Below are positions 30,806-43,033 of a stretch of 64,000 nt of DNA, piece by piece. Each line of letters starts with the position of its first letter. The first letter of the stretch is position 1. Under the pieces are notes generated by a model that was not told the origin of the DNA, ran no database searches, and worked only from the letters and a program-made list of their open reading frames with translations. Source of the stretch: a plasmid; the sequence record NZ_CP041047.1. One strand, 5' to 3'. A program made the translations under genes and the position numbers.

Positions 30806-31087
30806 AAAAGCTCCTTATTCAGTCAGATGGTTACGGTCTCGATATCTCGATGCCAGGTTAACATCGTTCACCAGTTTTACCACGGCTGGACGTTCGGCTT
30901 CAGTCCAGGAATCAGGCTGATAGTACACCCGCAGCGATTATCATCAAACTACTTCGCCTCTCAATCCCGCGCTCTCAAATTTCTGTTATGCATCATGCCA
31001 GAGTACAATATGAGGACACTATCGCCGGAATATTACCGACCGCCCCGACGATTAACGTTACCGGCCTAAGCTGAGGAAAATGGTTCT

Positions 31088-31411
31088 ATGAAGTCATTTC
31101 TGATCAAAATGTCAAACGCGCATAACGAACACATCCGGGAAGTCGCTTCCGTGGATGAAGCTATTCGTATCGCATCCGAAAGAGCAAATGAAGGTTTCTG
31201 GCTTCCACCCAGCCGGGTCTGCGAAATGAGCAAGGAACATGAAGGCCGGTATACAGTCGGTGATGATGGCTGGTTCCGCCCCATCGAGCTGGCGGTTCCA
31301 GTCGAAATAGAAGAAGTGAAGTCGTCCTACGGGAACGGTGGTTACGACATGATTTCCGTAGGCAAATGGATCCAGACTCAATCAGGCTGGCAACCGTCAC
31401 CGGCTGTCTGA
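31088..31411 (+). CDS. hypothetical protein
   Basis: 107-aa ORF preceded by GAGGAAAA, a plausible ribosome-binding site. Confidence 0.4.
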   Translation: MKSFLIKMSNAHNEHIREVASVDEAIRIASERANEGFWLPPSRVCEMSKEHEGRYTVGDDGWFRPIELAVPVEIEEVKSSYGNGGYDMISVGKWIQTQSGWQPSPAV

Positions 31412-31446
31412 CTCTCCTTTTGTTTCGGTGGGGCTAGAGTGCCCCA

Positions 31447-32370
31447 CTATTCTTCCGCTTTACGCTCGCGTTTTTCTTTGTCGCACTTCACTTTTTCATA
31501 AGCCTTGCCAAACCACTTAGGCTCTTTTCCCATCCCCGAATAAGATAGTCCTTCCGGCAGACTCTTCCAGAACACCGTTATCGCCTCGGCAAATTCTCTA
31601 AACTGTTCCTCGGAAACTTCAAGTTCTTCGTGGCGAGCTGGTCTCTCTTGCGGATAACCTTCGCATTGCCATACTGAGTAGTACTCCGGGTGAGCATTAA
31701 CCAGTTTCTGGTGGGCATCACCATCTCCATGTTTATAAACGTTGACAACCTGATGACATGCACTGATTAACGGGAAACATGGCATGTTTCGTACTTCAAT
31801 ACCCAGCCATTCCATCAAATCCATAAGCCTCGGAAAACTGAGGTTCCAGATCAAATCTGATATCACAACCATGTCGAGCCACCGCCAGCTTCTGGCCTCC
31901 CGGATAAGCAGATCTCGTAATGCCTTGTCAAACTGGTGGTACATCCCAGCGGTCAGGGAAAGCGTGACCGTGACCTTCATTTCCCGCAACGCAACCCAGT
32001 GGCAAGCTTCAATCTGTTCAATATTCTCGTATACGTCACTTTCGTCGTGGTAATCAGGATTGAACCAGTCTCCAGCTGACTCTATAAATGACTCGCCTTT
32101 CTTTGTCGCTTCACTCCTGATCTCCACATCACTGAACTGCGACAGCAAACGTTCCTGCGCTTGTTCAGCGTAAAAAAGATGCGGGTTAAGCACCCACGGT
32201 CGGTCAATTGCCGCAAAGAAAAAGATGTTCCATCTCGGGTCGATAATTTCTTTTTCAGCATCAACAGCTGGCGCTGATACACTGCGGTTTGATTGTTTTT
32301 TTCTACCCATACCACTATCCAAATTAAAAACAGACGAAAAAAAACCGTCCAGCTGGACGGTTAATATCAA
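31447..32370 (-). CDS. hypothetical protein (~290–307 aa)
   Basis: Long ORF with no recognisable motif. MGRKKQ near 32310 is an alternative start. Confidence 0.45.
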   Translation of the reverse strand: MILTVQLDGFFSSVFNLDSGMGRKKQSNRSVSAPAVDAEKEIIDPRWNIFFFAAIDRPWVLNPHLFYAEQAQERLLSQFSDVEIRSEATKKGESFIESAGDWFNPDYHDESDVYENIEQIEACHWVALREMKVTVTLSLTAGMYHQFDKALRDLLIREARSWRWLDMVVISDLIWNLSFPRLMDLMEWLGIEVRNMPCFPLISACHQVVNVYKHGDGDAHQKLVNAHPEYYSVWQCEGYPQERPARHEELEVSEEQFREFAEAITVFWKSLPEGLSYSGMGKEPKWFGKAYEKVKCDKEKRERKAEE

Positions 32371-32550
32371 AATATCCTTCAGAAGTCTGACACGGGTCAG
32401 GCGCTAACCCGGGCAGTCGCTACTCACTAATTAAACCCCGCATAGGGGAAAACAATATTTTGATACTCCGACAACGCACCCCGCGATGGGGGAAGGTATG
32501 TCAGGCCAGTCTAACAAACCCAAAGCTCGTTGCAACCGCCAATCAGTGAC

Positions 32551-32925
32551 TTAATCCTGGCAATCCTGATCATCAGTTTCAGTTCCGCAACTTAAGTAAT
32601 CCATATTTAAAAACATTTTGTTCCCCGAGCCTGCCAATGCAGACAGACCTGAGATTTTACAGATCACGACAATCGACGGTACGCGTTTATAAATCTCGAT
32701 TTCGCTTTCCCAACTTGACGCAAGATACCTTTCAAGCTGAAGTTCAGGGGTTACATCAACAGGTTGAATTCTGACCACAAAACCGTCTTTTCGCCCCTCA
32801 TTGCGAAGAGATGTTAGCTGTTTTATCTCTGCATCGTTGAGTGTGGAAAATTTACGGCCATTAAGAATATGAGAGCAAAAATTGAAGCCAGTGATATGAG
32901 ATGAGCCACCAGTTATCGATTCCAA
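32551..32925 (-). CDS. hypothetical protein
   Basis: 124-aa ORF. Confidence 0.35.
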   Translation of the reverse strand: MESITGGSSHITGFNFCSHILNGRKFSTLNDAEIKQLTSLRNEGRKDGFVVRIQPVDVTPELQLERYLASSWESEIEIYKRVPSIVVICKISGLSALAGSGNKMFLNMDYLSCGTETDDQDCQD

Positions 32926-33130
32926 AATGCTTGCATATTAGCTATCTGGGGGTTAGGCTCGCCTGTTTGCGGAGTGGATTCACATAATTCAAGGAGTCTT
33001 TCCAATTCCGATTTGGAATCACCCATACCCAATTCATTGCAAGGAAAAACATTGTGATTATTATTCATGAAAACTTGTCAACGCCAAGATTTATGGCCGT
33101 TTTTCGCCATTTTTAATGTCCGCTATTTGA

Positions 33131-35100
<1,970 letters not shown>

Positions 35101-35226
35101 GTCGATGTCCTTTCTGGTGTGAGAACCTCAAGGAAACAACATGTTGGGTGGAGCGGACAATTCAAATGGTGAATTACCGTCTTATATCATTGGCGCTAAC
35201 AAACTCCGTAGCATTAGATTTGAAGG

Positions 35227-35625
35227 CTAGTTTTCAACACTATGGGATCCCGAAATAAGTTCTCCCCCCCGCTCCCGGTAAGCTTTCGTTAATACCGCAT
35301 AACTTTCTGAATTAACATGCTCATCAACCCCCGAACAAATCAGCCGGTTCGTCGGTGCTTCAAAAGCGTGGCGTTCGTATTTTTCGACCACGCGACAATC
35401 TTCCGACCATCTCTTGCCGAGCAACAAATCATTTGTGGTAATTGATGGAAACATCATCAATGCAAAAATTCCCCCAAGACAGCCTATTGGCACGAGCCAC
35501 ATGCAAACGATCTTGTTTTCGGAGCGTACAAATTTCAACCCGATGGTAGCGCCTATGATAGTCACGACAAATACCACCAGCAGAATTTTTAAGGGTAAAA
35601 TCAGATCTGCGGCATAAATTAGCAT
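35227..35625 (-). CDS. hypothetical membrane protein
   Basis: 132 aa with 2–3 hydrophobic helices. Confidence 0.35.
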   Translation of the reverse strand: MLIYAADLILPLKILLVVFVVTIIGATIGLKFVRSENKIVCMWLVPIGCLGGIFALMMFPSITTNDLLLGKRWSEDCRVVEKYERHAFEAPTNRLICSGVDEHVNSESYAVLTKAYRERGGELISGSHSVEN

Positions 35626-35646
35626 TAATCATATCTCCTTAACTTT

Positions 35647-35964
35647 TCAATATTTGGTTCCTTCAAAAAGCCATCCATACTTTCCTTCATCTGGATGATC
35701 TGTCTTGTAGTTTATCTGGCAAGTGGTGAACTGACGCATCCATTCTCGTGACCTAAAAAATTTCCCACGAGGAAGTTTATCGCCAGGTAAGCATTGTTCA
35801 GCCCATTCGACAAAAGCAGGACAAACCCCCTTAAAGTGAGGAATAACAACTTGCGTGGCTTCTTTACGCATTACTGCTGACTGAATGGTTTTGGGATCAA
35901 TCGTCATGGCTTCACAGGCTAACCCGACTTCACAAACATTTCTATTCTGCTGATGTTCTGTCAT
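35647..35964 (-). CDS. hypothetical protein
   Basis: 105-aa ORF. Confidence 0.35.
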   Translation of the reverse strand: MTEHQQNRNVCEVGLACEAMTIDPKTIQSAVMRKEATQVVIPHFKGVCPAFVEWAEQCLPGDKLPRGKFFRSREWMRQFTTCQINYKTDHPDEGKYGWLFEGTKY

Positions 35965-36051
35965 AGCGCCTTCCAGTTGAAGTTAAGTAGGGTCAGTTTG
36001 GATTTGAAAATTGTTGTACGGTAAGCCTGTTCTTGAACCTGCTTCGTGATC

Positions 36052-36537
36052 TTATGCCCGTTTGATGGCCACGGACTGACGCAAAAGTGCAAGAACGTCA
36101 CTGACACTCATATCCCACGCATCCGCCTGCCGTTTCAGAATAAATGCCCCTACTTCCATTCTTTGGGCATGGTTCAACATATGCGTCAGCATATCCCCAC
36201 CATGAGAAAAGTTTATCCCGCAGCCGGATGCACCATTGTTGATGAGCGTAAAACCTTTGTTTTTATCGGTTCCGTGAAAGTTTGCCCTCATCTCCTTTTC
36301 CAGCCCGAACAATACCGCGCAACATTGAGTTAATTCATAGCGATTCAGCTGGATGACGCGCTTAAGCTCCCATTGGGCTTCTTTTGCGCCATCAGCAATC
36401 GGAGCCATAGTGATGTTCACCGTGGGAAACGCATCCTTACCAGGCGAAACCACATATTGAAAATCAAGAGCAGTACGTTTTGCGCCCGTTTGCCGGTCTG
36501 CATAAAGCTTCAGCTGCTTACCAAATGTCGAAGTCAT
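36052..36537 (-). CDS. hypothetical protein
   Basis: 161-aa ORF immediately downstream of the repA1 iterons. Confidence 0.4.
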   Translation of the reverse strand: MTSTFGKQLKLYADRQTGAKRTALDFQYVVSPGKDAFPTVNITMAPIADGAKEAQWELKRVIQLNRYELTQCCAVLFGLEKEMRANFHGTDKNKGFTLINNGASGCGINFSHGGDMLTHMLNHAQRMEVGAFILKRQADAWDMSVSDVLALLRQSVAIKRA

Positions 36538-36564
36538 AACTATCCTCCAGAACTTAATTTACCC

Positions 36565-36670
36565 TGGTCATTCCAGCCGACAAAAGATTGTCGGGTTGTT
36601 TTCTACAGGCCTTCCCTCTCAATCCCACCGGGTATATTTTCCCCTTCCCTCTCGTTCCCACCGGCGATAA
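36565..36670. repeat. iteron-like repeats (CCTTCCCTCTC..TCCCACCGG) downstream of repA1
   Basis: Two clear copies of a ~22-bp CCCACCGG-containing motif. Confidence 0.5.
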
Positions 36671-36947
36671 AAACTGTGCAGATTAAAAAAGTATCTTTTT
36701 GGGATTAGGCGAACAGCAGTAATTATAAAGAGGAGTGTTATTTTCTTTATTTTTCATGGTAATACAAGTTGTATTCAATAGAGGCCTGACGCGCCCCATC
36801 AGCTTTTCAGATGTAAATGGGACTATTTATCCTTTAGCGACTACAAAATCACGGGTGGGTTTGAGAGGGAAACGTCAACTTAGTGTTTTTGACCGGTGGG
36901 AATGAGACAGCACATTCCCGGAACCGGGCAAAAAGACGTTTCAAACA

Positions 36948-37814
36948 TCAGGAACCTGTTAGTTTGGGATTCCGATCCGTGATCTGAATGGTGGGTACGC
37001 TGGTGTCCACCAGGTAGTAAAATTTCAGGTAACCGATGCTGGCAAGCACATCGAGAGCAGTTCGCATTTTCCGGTTCTGTTCGGCAATGCGCCCATTGAG
37101 CAGTAAACGCTGTCGAAGTCTGTCAAAGGTGATCGGGGCTGGATGTTGAGGTAGCGCTTCAAAAAATGTATAGAGCGCCTGAGCCGTTTCATTCCTGGTA
37201 AGTAGCTCCAGGGGTTTCTTCCGCAACAGAGTAAGATGATCTGAACGGTACAAATCCCAGAGTCGTTCGTCGGCTTCCAGGATGATGTAATCACTTTCAC
37301 CATCAAATTCCGCCTCTTTCAGCAACCCGGCTACTTTGAACTTGGTGATCCCCGGGTTCTTCTCAAACCGAATGCTTTTTGAGCGAATCTTCGTCAACGA
37401 ATCGGCTATCTCATTGCGCAGTTTCGTGCTGTAGCGTTTTGATGGGTAGCCGCAGAGTTTGGCAAATTCACTAAAGGGCATTTTAATCCGGTTACCTTTC
37501 AGCGCATCAGGCGATACGCTGAAGGAATGGACGATTGCTGTCCAGCACCGGAAGTCCTGGAAATAATTCAGCATCGGGCCGGTGATCTTTATGTCCGTGT
37601 ACCCTTCCTGTTTTGCAATTTCCAGACTGGATAGCGCTTCCGTCACGTTTAGCGTGACCGTTGCCTCTGTTCGGCAACTGGGAGTAAAAACGCCCAGGCG
37701 GAGCAGTGATACAGGTTGTACTGATGAATTTTTTGTCACCGTCAGCTTTCCAGTCGACGGCTGATTGAAGTCGGGAATAGCGTCCTTGAAAAGAAGAACT
37801 TCATTCGAGTTCAT
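36948..37814 (-). CDS. repA: RepFIB-family replication initiator RepA (replicon 1)
   Basis: 288 aa. …LLRLGVFTPS…SAQALYTFFEALPQHPAPITFDRLRQRL… closely parallels the RepFIB RepA conserved blocks. Confidence 0.75.
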   Translation of the reverse strand: MNSNEVLLFKDAIPDFNQPSTGKLTVTKNSSVQPVSLLRLGVFTPSCRTEATVTLNVTEALSSLEIAKQEGYTDIKITGPMLNYFQDFRCWTAIVHSFSVSPDALKGNRIKMPFSEFAKLCGYPSKRYSTKLRNEIADSLTKIRSKSIRFEKNPGITKFKVAGLLKEAEFDGESDYIILEADERLWDLYRSDHLTLLRKKPLELLTRNETAQALYTFFEALPQHPAPITFDRLRQRLLLNGRIAEQNRKMRTALDVLASIGYLKFYYLVDTSVPTIQITDRNPKLTGS

Positions 37815-38124
37815 CGTGTGGATCCCCCAGTTTTATTGTTATTTTCCGGGTATCTTGGAATGCCCAGTCCGGGCGAATGTATCACGGTGATTTTTATTGA
37901 TCATGAGAAATAGGGGTCATTTAGTCCCCATTTATCGGGTATTGGTTTTTATTTGTACTAAATCAATACGTTATTTCAGAGATGAATCGGATAAATGTCG
38001 TTGACATCAAATTTTTGATCTGCTGCCAGTGTGGACAAAAAATGAATACCGATCACCTATTTTTGAGATTTGTTACGTATGATTATGTTTTTATTTGATG
38101 TTTTCATTAGCACAGCAGATGTTG

Positions 38125-38265
38125 ATAATTAAGTTCCTTTCCCCTTCCAATCCCACCGTTATTCCCTTTGAACACCACCAGCTACCAGGCTAACCCCACC
38201 GACAGCCCTTCAGAGCTCACTTTTTTCCCTCTCAACCCCACCGGGGCAGGTCTTCAGAGCTTACC
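38125..38265. repeat. iteron-like repeats (…CCAATCCCACCG, AACCCCACCGAC, CAACCCCACCGGGG) upstream of repA1
   Basis: Three or more CCCACCG-core repeats sit beside an AT-rich stretch with a DnaA-box-like GTGTGGACAAAA. Confidence 0.5.
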
Positions 38266-38386
38266 AGCTGCGGGTTTGCGGGAGCGGGGATCTTTTTGGT
38301 TCTATTTGGTCTTAATCTGGATCGATCTGTTGATCTACCCGGTGGATATGTGGATTAGTTGAGTCACGTCCTTGTTACTCGGTTGC

Positions 38387-38764
38387 TTAAATTTGGCCAC
38401 TACGAACTGTCTCAATACCACTCTGAACAACATCCCAGTTGATACCGATATCACCATCGTGAGTTCGGTCTATCAACGCTAAGGTCGACTCAGCTTCGCT
38501 AGCTGAAACCTGCGGCATGTTTCGGTCTATTGCTAACTCCTGAACATCAGACTTGTACCAGACACGGACTAGCACCTTTTCGTCAGGGTTCATTTTTTGC
38601 AGCTTTGCGATAATTTCTTTTGCAGTTGCGTACATGTGAGTGCCTCTTATCGTTTTGTTTACACAATCAGTAAAGCACCGAGTCAGTAGCTGACGAAGGC
38701 AAAAAAGATACTTTTCCACAGGACAGTTCCAATAAAGAGATCCCAAAGGTGCAACGGAGTACAA
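38387..38764 (-). CDS. hypothetical small protein between the two replicons
   Basis: 125-aa ORF. The real start is probably MYATAKEI… at ~38635. Confidence 0.25.
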   Translation of the reverse strand: MYSVAPLGSLYWNCPVEKYLFCLRQLLTRCFTDCVNKTIRGTHMYATAKEIIAKLQKMNPDEKVLVRVWYKSDVQELAIDRNMPQVSASEAESTLALIDRTHDGDIGINWDVVQSGIETVRSGQI

Positions 38765-39350
38765 AAGAGATCCCTGTACGCTGCAAGCCGCATGGTTACT
38801 GGGCTCAAGGGCATTTTATGACAATGGTAATGACTTTTTTGACATTGGTAATGATTAAAATGACATTGGTAGTGACTATTTCGACGTTAGTAGTGAGTAT
38901 TTGTGACAATGGTAGTGAGTTTTATTGTGTGATCTGAAGGTATAACTCTTAAAGAGTTTTGAGTATATTTCTATTATAATTCATATAGATACCATCTATC
39001 ACCTGTATGATGAAACAAAATTATTAAAATCTTATCCACTGTTTTCTATACGCATTTTCCTTTCATGCCCGTACATATTTTCGACAATTTAGCTATTCGA
39101 TGTTGATTTAACTCGAAGAGAGAATTTATCCCCATTTTCCACAAGGTAGTTCCAATAATTAGTACCTTACGAGTTCCCATAGATCACAAGAGATCCCCGC
39201 AGCTCGGAAGCCAGACGGCACAAGGCCTGGAAGCCAATCGGTGACAACGGTAGTGATTATTTTGACATTGGTAGTGAGTTTTTTAACGGTAGTAGTGAGT
39301 TTTTTGACAACGGTAGTGATTGCGGCGACAATGGTAGTGATTTTTTAAAG
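38690..39350. repeat. tandemly duplicated origin module upstream of repA2: two copies of [leader with AGTTCCAATAA / AGAGATCCC motifs + five ~21-bp direct iterons GACAWYGGTARTGAKT]
   Basis: Direct iteron clusters are at 38818–38925 and 39241–39350. Leader motifs recur at ~38700 and ~39140. An AT-rich stretch follows each cluster. Confidence 0.65.
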
Positions 39351-39560
39351 GATCTTTTTCACCGGAATTGATCCTTTGTTGATAAACTACGTATGTATTT
39401 GTTTTTATGTGAATTTCAGAGTTTTATATTTAGTCGTGGCGTTTTTTTAGCCTGGACTTATGCACAATCTGAGATCGTCGCAGAGATCCCTTAAGTGACA
39501 CTGAGGGCTTTGGGCGATAGTATTCAATAATCTGTTGATTAATACAGTCGATAAACCACT

Positions 39561-40679
39561 ATGACCAATGAGAAAGATTCTGAGCAGCAAGGCCAGATGG
39601 TTACCAGGGCTTTCTCTGTAACAGAGAGAGAGACAGGTAAAGAAATTATTTTACGTCCTAATAGCAGCAGGACGGTTCAGTCTATCGCGCTCATGCGCCT
39701 TGGGTTGTTTGTGCCATCACCAAAAAGCGTTGGCCGTCAGAGTCGTGAATACAAAACTGTTGGCTTTGATGCCACGAAAGAACTACAGACACTTTCTTTG
39801 ATGGAGAGCGAGGGTTTCACCAATATCTCGATCGTGGGTCAGCGCCTCGATATGTCTGTTGACTTCAAAACGTGGATGGGAATCATCCGAACGCTAGCTA
39901 ACCATCCGATTGATAACGATAAGATCAGCCTCAAATTTACTGAGTTTCTGAAGCTCTGTAACCCTGAAAATTATCGTTCCTCTACCGCATCCCGTAAGCG
40001 TATCGACGCGTCGTTACGCAGGCTGGCATCCGTGATGTTGTCCTTCACCAGCACCCACTCGTCAAAGGTGTATACGACGCACCTGGTGCAGTCTGCCTTG
40101 CTTGACCCGGACTCTGATCAGGTAGAGCTACAGATAGACCCTAAGATATTCGAGTTGTATCAGTACGACCACAAGGTTTTGATGCAGCTGAAGGCTATCA
40201 AGGAACTGGCGAAAAAAGAGAGCGCACAGGCGCTTTACACGTTCATTGAGTCACTTCCACCAAATCCAATCCCGATCTCCTTAACGAGACTTAAGAACCG
40301 ATTAAATCTTAAGACCCGTGCCAACAGCCAGAACGCCACAGTACGTAAGGCATTGGAGGAGCTGGCATCCATTGGTTACCTTCAGTACACCGAAGTAAAA
40401 AAAGATGGGAAGGTTTATTTCCAGATCCACAAACGCGATCCTGATTTGAATCTGAACAATATCCAACCACCACCTGATGGTGATGGCGAGGGTGATGCTG
40501 ATGAGGAGAACAATGGCACGTCGGGTAAAAATAATGGTGAGCCACTGGAAGGTGAATTGTGCCCACCAGATGAGCCCATTGATGGGGATGAAACGTTAAC
40601 CATCCATGACTTAACAGCTGAAGAACTTCACTACATTCGCAGCCTTAGAAGCCAGAAAAAGAACAATCCCGCCAGCTAG
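39561..40679 (+). CDS. repA: RepFIB-family replication initiator RepA (replicon 2) with an extended acidic/Gly-rich C-terminus
   Basis: 372 aa. …IALMRLGLFVPSP…RLDMSVDFKTWMGIIRT…ESAQALYTFIESLPPNPIPISLTRLKNRLNLK… matches RepFIB RepA blocks. Confidence 0.75.
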   Translation: MTNEKDSEQQGQMVTRAFSVTERETGKEIILRPNSSRTVQSIALMRLGLFVPSPKSVGRQSREYKTVGFDATKELQTLSLMESEGFTNISIVGQRLDMSVDFKTWMGIIRTLANHPIDNDKISLKFTEFLKLCNPENYRSSTASRKRIDASLRRLASVMLSFTSTHSSKVYTTHLVQSALLDPDSDQVELQIDPKIFELYQYDHKVLMQLKAIKELAKKESAQALYTFIESLPPNPIPISLTRLKNRLNLKTRANSQNATVRKALEELASIGYLQYTEVKKDGKVYFQIHKRDPDLNLNNIQPPPDGDGEGDADEENNGTSGKNNGEPLEGELCPPDEPIDGDETLTIHDLTAEELHYIRSLRSQKKNNPAS

Positions 40680-40744
40680 CATTCCCTCCGGGCTGTCAGA
40701 TGACGGCCTGGAACCCTCCCTCCCTGCACATCGTCAGAGAATCC

Positions 40745-42200
40745 TGTTTAGCTTAATGACAACGGTATTGAGTGACGCGGTCACTACTGTTGTCATTGCG
40801 GGGTGACCACTCATGACAATGGTAATGAGACTAGATAGCTCACTACTGTTGTCATCATCGACATCTCTCCAGACCAGCTTCTCAGGGAAGGTCTTACACC
40901 GCTCACTACCATTGTCGGAATCGCCGGTACAGACAAATCGCTGATACCCATGACACCATGACATCGGCAATGAGTCTTGGCAGCTCACTGCTGTTGTCAT
41001 CATCGACAACTCTCCAGAGCAGCTTCTCGGAGAAGACCTCATACCGCTCACTACCATTGTCGGCATCGTCAGTACGGATTTATCGCTGATTCCCATGACA
41101 CAATGACAACGGTAATGAGTGATTTGACTCACTACCGCTGTCATTTGCTCCCGGCGCATTTGAATGACCACTGTATTGACTAAGAATACTCACTACCGTT
41201 GTCATTCATGATTCAGACCAAGTTCTTACTGCTCCACCAGCACAATGACAACGGAAATGAGTTCTGTTGGTCATTACCGTTGTCATATGCATTCCAGGTT
41301 AATCAGGCCTTTCAGGTAGCTATGGTAAGGATTCACTCGCCGTACTGTCTGCTCGTACTTGAGGGGCGGGATGAATGACCGTGGTAGTGACCGCGTCACT
41401 CCCTGTCGTTGTCGTTGTATGAATACATGGCCTGTCGGTGACAATGGAAATGAGTCCAACCGCTGTCGTAGCTAACCTGATTGGTCAATGACAATGGATG
41501 TGATTTTTTCAAGTCTCTACCATTGTCATCGTTTCCAAGTACATTTCAGTGGGGTCGTTCCGGCGATGACGAATCAAGTGAGTGCGGGATCACAACCATT
41601 GTCGAGGCACAACTTGCCGGTTGTAGCCATACCGAACGCTGCGACAACGATAGTGATCTCGATCACTCATTACCGTTGTCACCAGGCGGATGGTGAAGCA
41701 CCAGAATCACTACTGTTGTCATCTAACATTCTGCTACCCATGCAACCAATGACGATGGTAGTGAGCAACGCCGTCTACTTGCTGTATATAGGGATAGTAT
41801 GATGAGCCATAACAATGGTAATGACTCACTACCATTGTCATAGTTCCTGTACTTGATTGCCGGTAACCAGACAAGGGTTAACCATTAAGTCACTACCGTT
41901 GTCATTACAGAAAGGTACTTTCCTTAATTGTCATTACCGTTGTCGACCATGCACCCTCTTACCAGTAGTAACGGTTCGTTAATTATGTGAAGGTGATCAT
42001 TACCATTGTCACTGGTTACACTCCCGGCAGATTCAAAAATCGAGTGACAATGGATGTGAGTTCGATGCGCAGGACGGCATCTCAGTGCCGATGGCAATAG
42101 TTATGAGCTGACCAGACTGGTGACAACGATAATGAGCCAAGCATTGAAGCCCGTTTGCTACGACAACGGTAATGATTAGGCCTCACTACCGTTGTCAGAC
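40745..42200. repeat. ~1.45-kb array of >30 iteron copies, mostly arranged as inverted pairs (TGACAAYGGTARTGAG–N6-10–CTCACTACYGTTGTCA)
   Basis: Counted by eye, e.g. 40757–40800, 40812–40858, 40965–41010, 41105–41145, 41245–41286, 41643–41683, 41810–41840 and 42160–42197. The motif is the same as in the direct iterons upstream of repA2. Confidence 0.7.
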
Positions 42201-42207
42201 ACGATGC

Positions 42208-42927
42208 TTACTTCGGCCAGGTAAGTTCATCCCACCGGGATTTTAACCAGGCAGGGTTTACAGGTTTTCTTGTCGGTAATATTGGCCGAGCTTCATACGC
42301 GATGAGATCGTCATCCTTAGCCAGGATAGTGGGGTGGAAATGGATTGTCAGGGTGCTGGGATTAATCACACACAGGCCGTTGTCGTATAACCGATGTATG
42401 TCTGCCCGAAGCCACAGGCCATTACTCCAGTGGTCAGAGCCCGCTTTATGATGCTCAATCAGATGTGCTGCTTCTCCCCTGCATTTTGTCTTCACACCGG
42501 TGACGACACACCGCTCCATGCAGTTGAAGTATACCCTGTCGCTGAATTTCTTCTGATCAGGACGGGACATCGCACCGTACCGGCGATATCCAAAGCGTTT
42601 TGGTGAGACTTTCTCATCCAGGTCATCGTCAAATGAATCCTGACTCTCAGGCCGGAAGGTCTTCAGACGAACTTCCCAGCGAATGCCGTCACGTGCAAAT
42701 TGCTGCCCTACGCGTGGGTCATCATCAGGCCAGATAGCTATTCCCTTAGCTTTAACAGCCAGCCGGAACTGGCGGGCATCAGCAGGGGTTCCCGTGCGGG
42801 TTAGTGTCATAAATTCATGGACACTCCGGTACTCCACTGGTTCTCCTGATGAGCCAGCAGGCCTGGCGAGAACCTTGTCTTTAATATCGCGGGCGAGTTT
42901 ATCGGTTTGATTTTTATCTGAAGCCAT
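42208..42927 (-). CDS. HNH_2-type endonuclease-domain protein (paralogue of the 537-aa protein's C-terminus)
   Basis: CVVTGVKTKCRGEAAHLIEHHKAGSDHWSNGLWLRADIHRLYDNG aligns with the HNH block of the 27916–29529 protein. Confidence 0.55.
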   Translation of the reverse strand: MASDKNQTDKLARDIKDKVLARPAGSSGEPVEYRSVHEFMTLTRTGTPADARQFRLAVKAKGIAIWPDDDPRVGQQFARDGIRWEVRLKTFRPESQDSFDDDLDEKVSPKRFGYRRYGAMSRPDQKKFSDRVYFNCMERCVVTGVKTKCRGEAAHLIEHHKAGSDHWSNGLWLRADIHRLYDNGLCVINPSTLTIHFHPTILAKDDDLIAYEARPILPTRKPVNPAWLKSRWDELTWPK

Positions 42928-42989
42928 GTGAGCTATGCCATACCGGAAGAGGGAGGCATGAATAATGGGCTGTTTTCCGAGGATAAGCC

Positions 42990-43033
42990 ATAGATACTCA
43001 CTACTGTTGTCATTCTTGTCGATGACAACAGTA
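42990..43033. repeat. perfect iteron palindrome CTCACTACTGTTGTCATTCTTGTCGATGACAACAGTAGTGAG
   Basis: Seen directly. It lies between the HNH gene and the 141-aa gene. Confidence 0.7.

Noticed and set aside
40734-41171. A 145-aa ORF, and the 68-, 71- and 104-aa ORFs lying over the iteron array.
   Set aside because: Their translations are repeat-driven (HCVMGISDKSVLTM…), with no start or RBS context.
40745-42200. The dense repeat array looked superficially like a CRISPR array.
   Set aside because: The repeats are irregularly spaced inverted pairs of a Rep-binding iteron motif, and the same motif forms the direct ori iterons upstream of repA2. There is no constant repeat–spacer periodicity and no cas genes are present.
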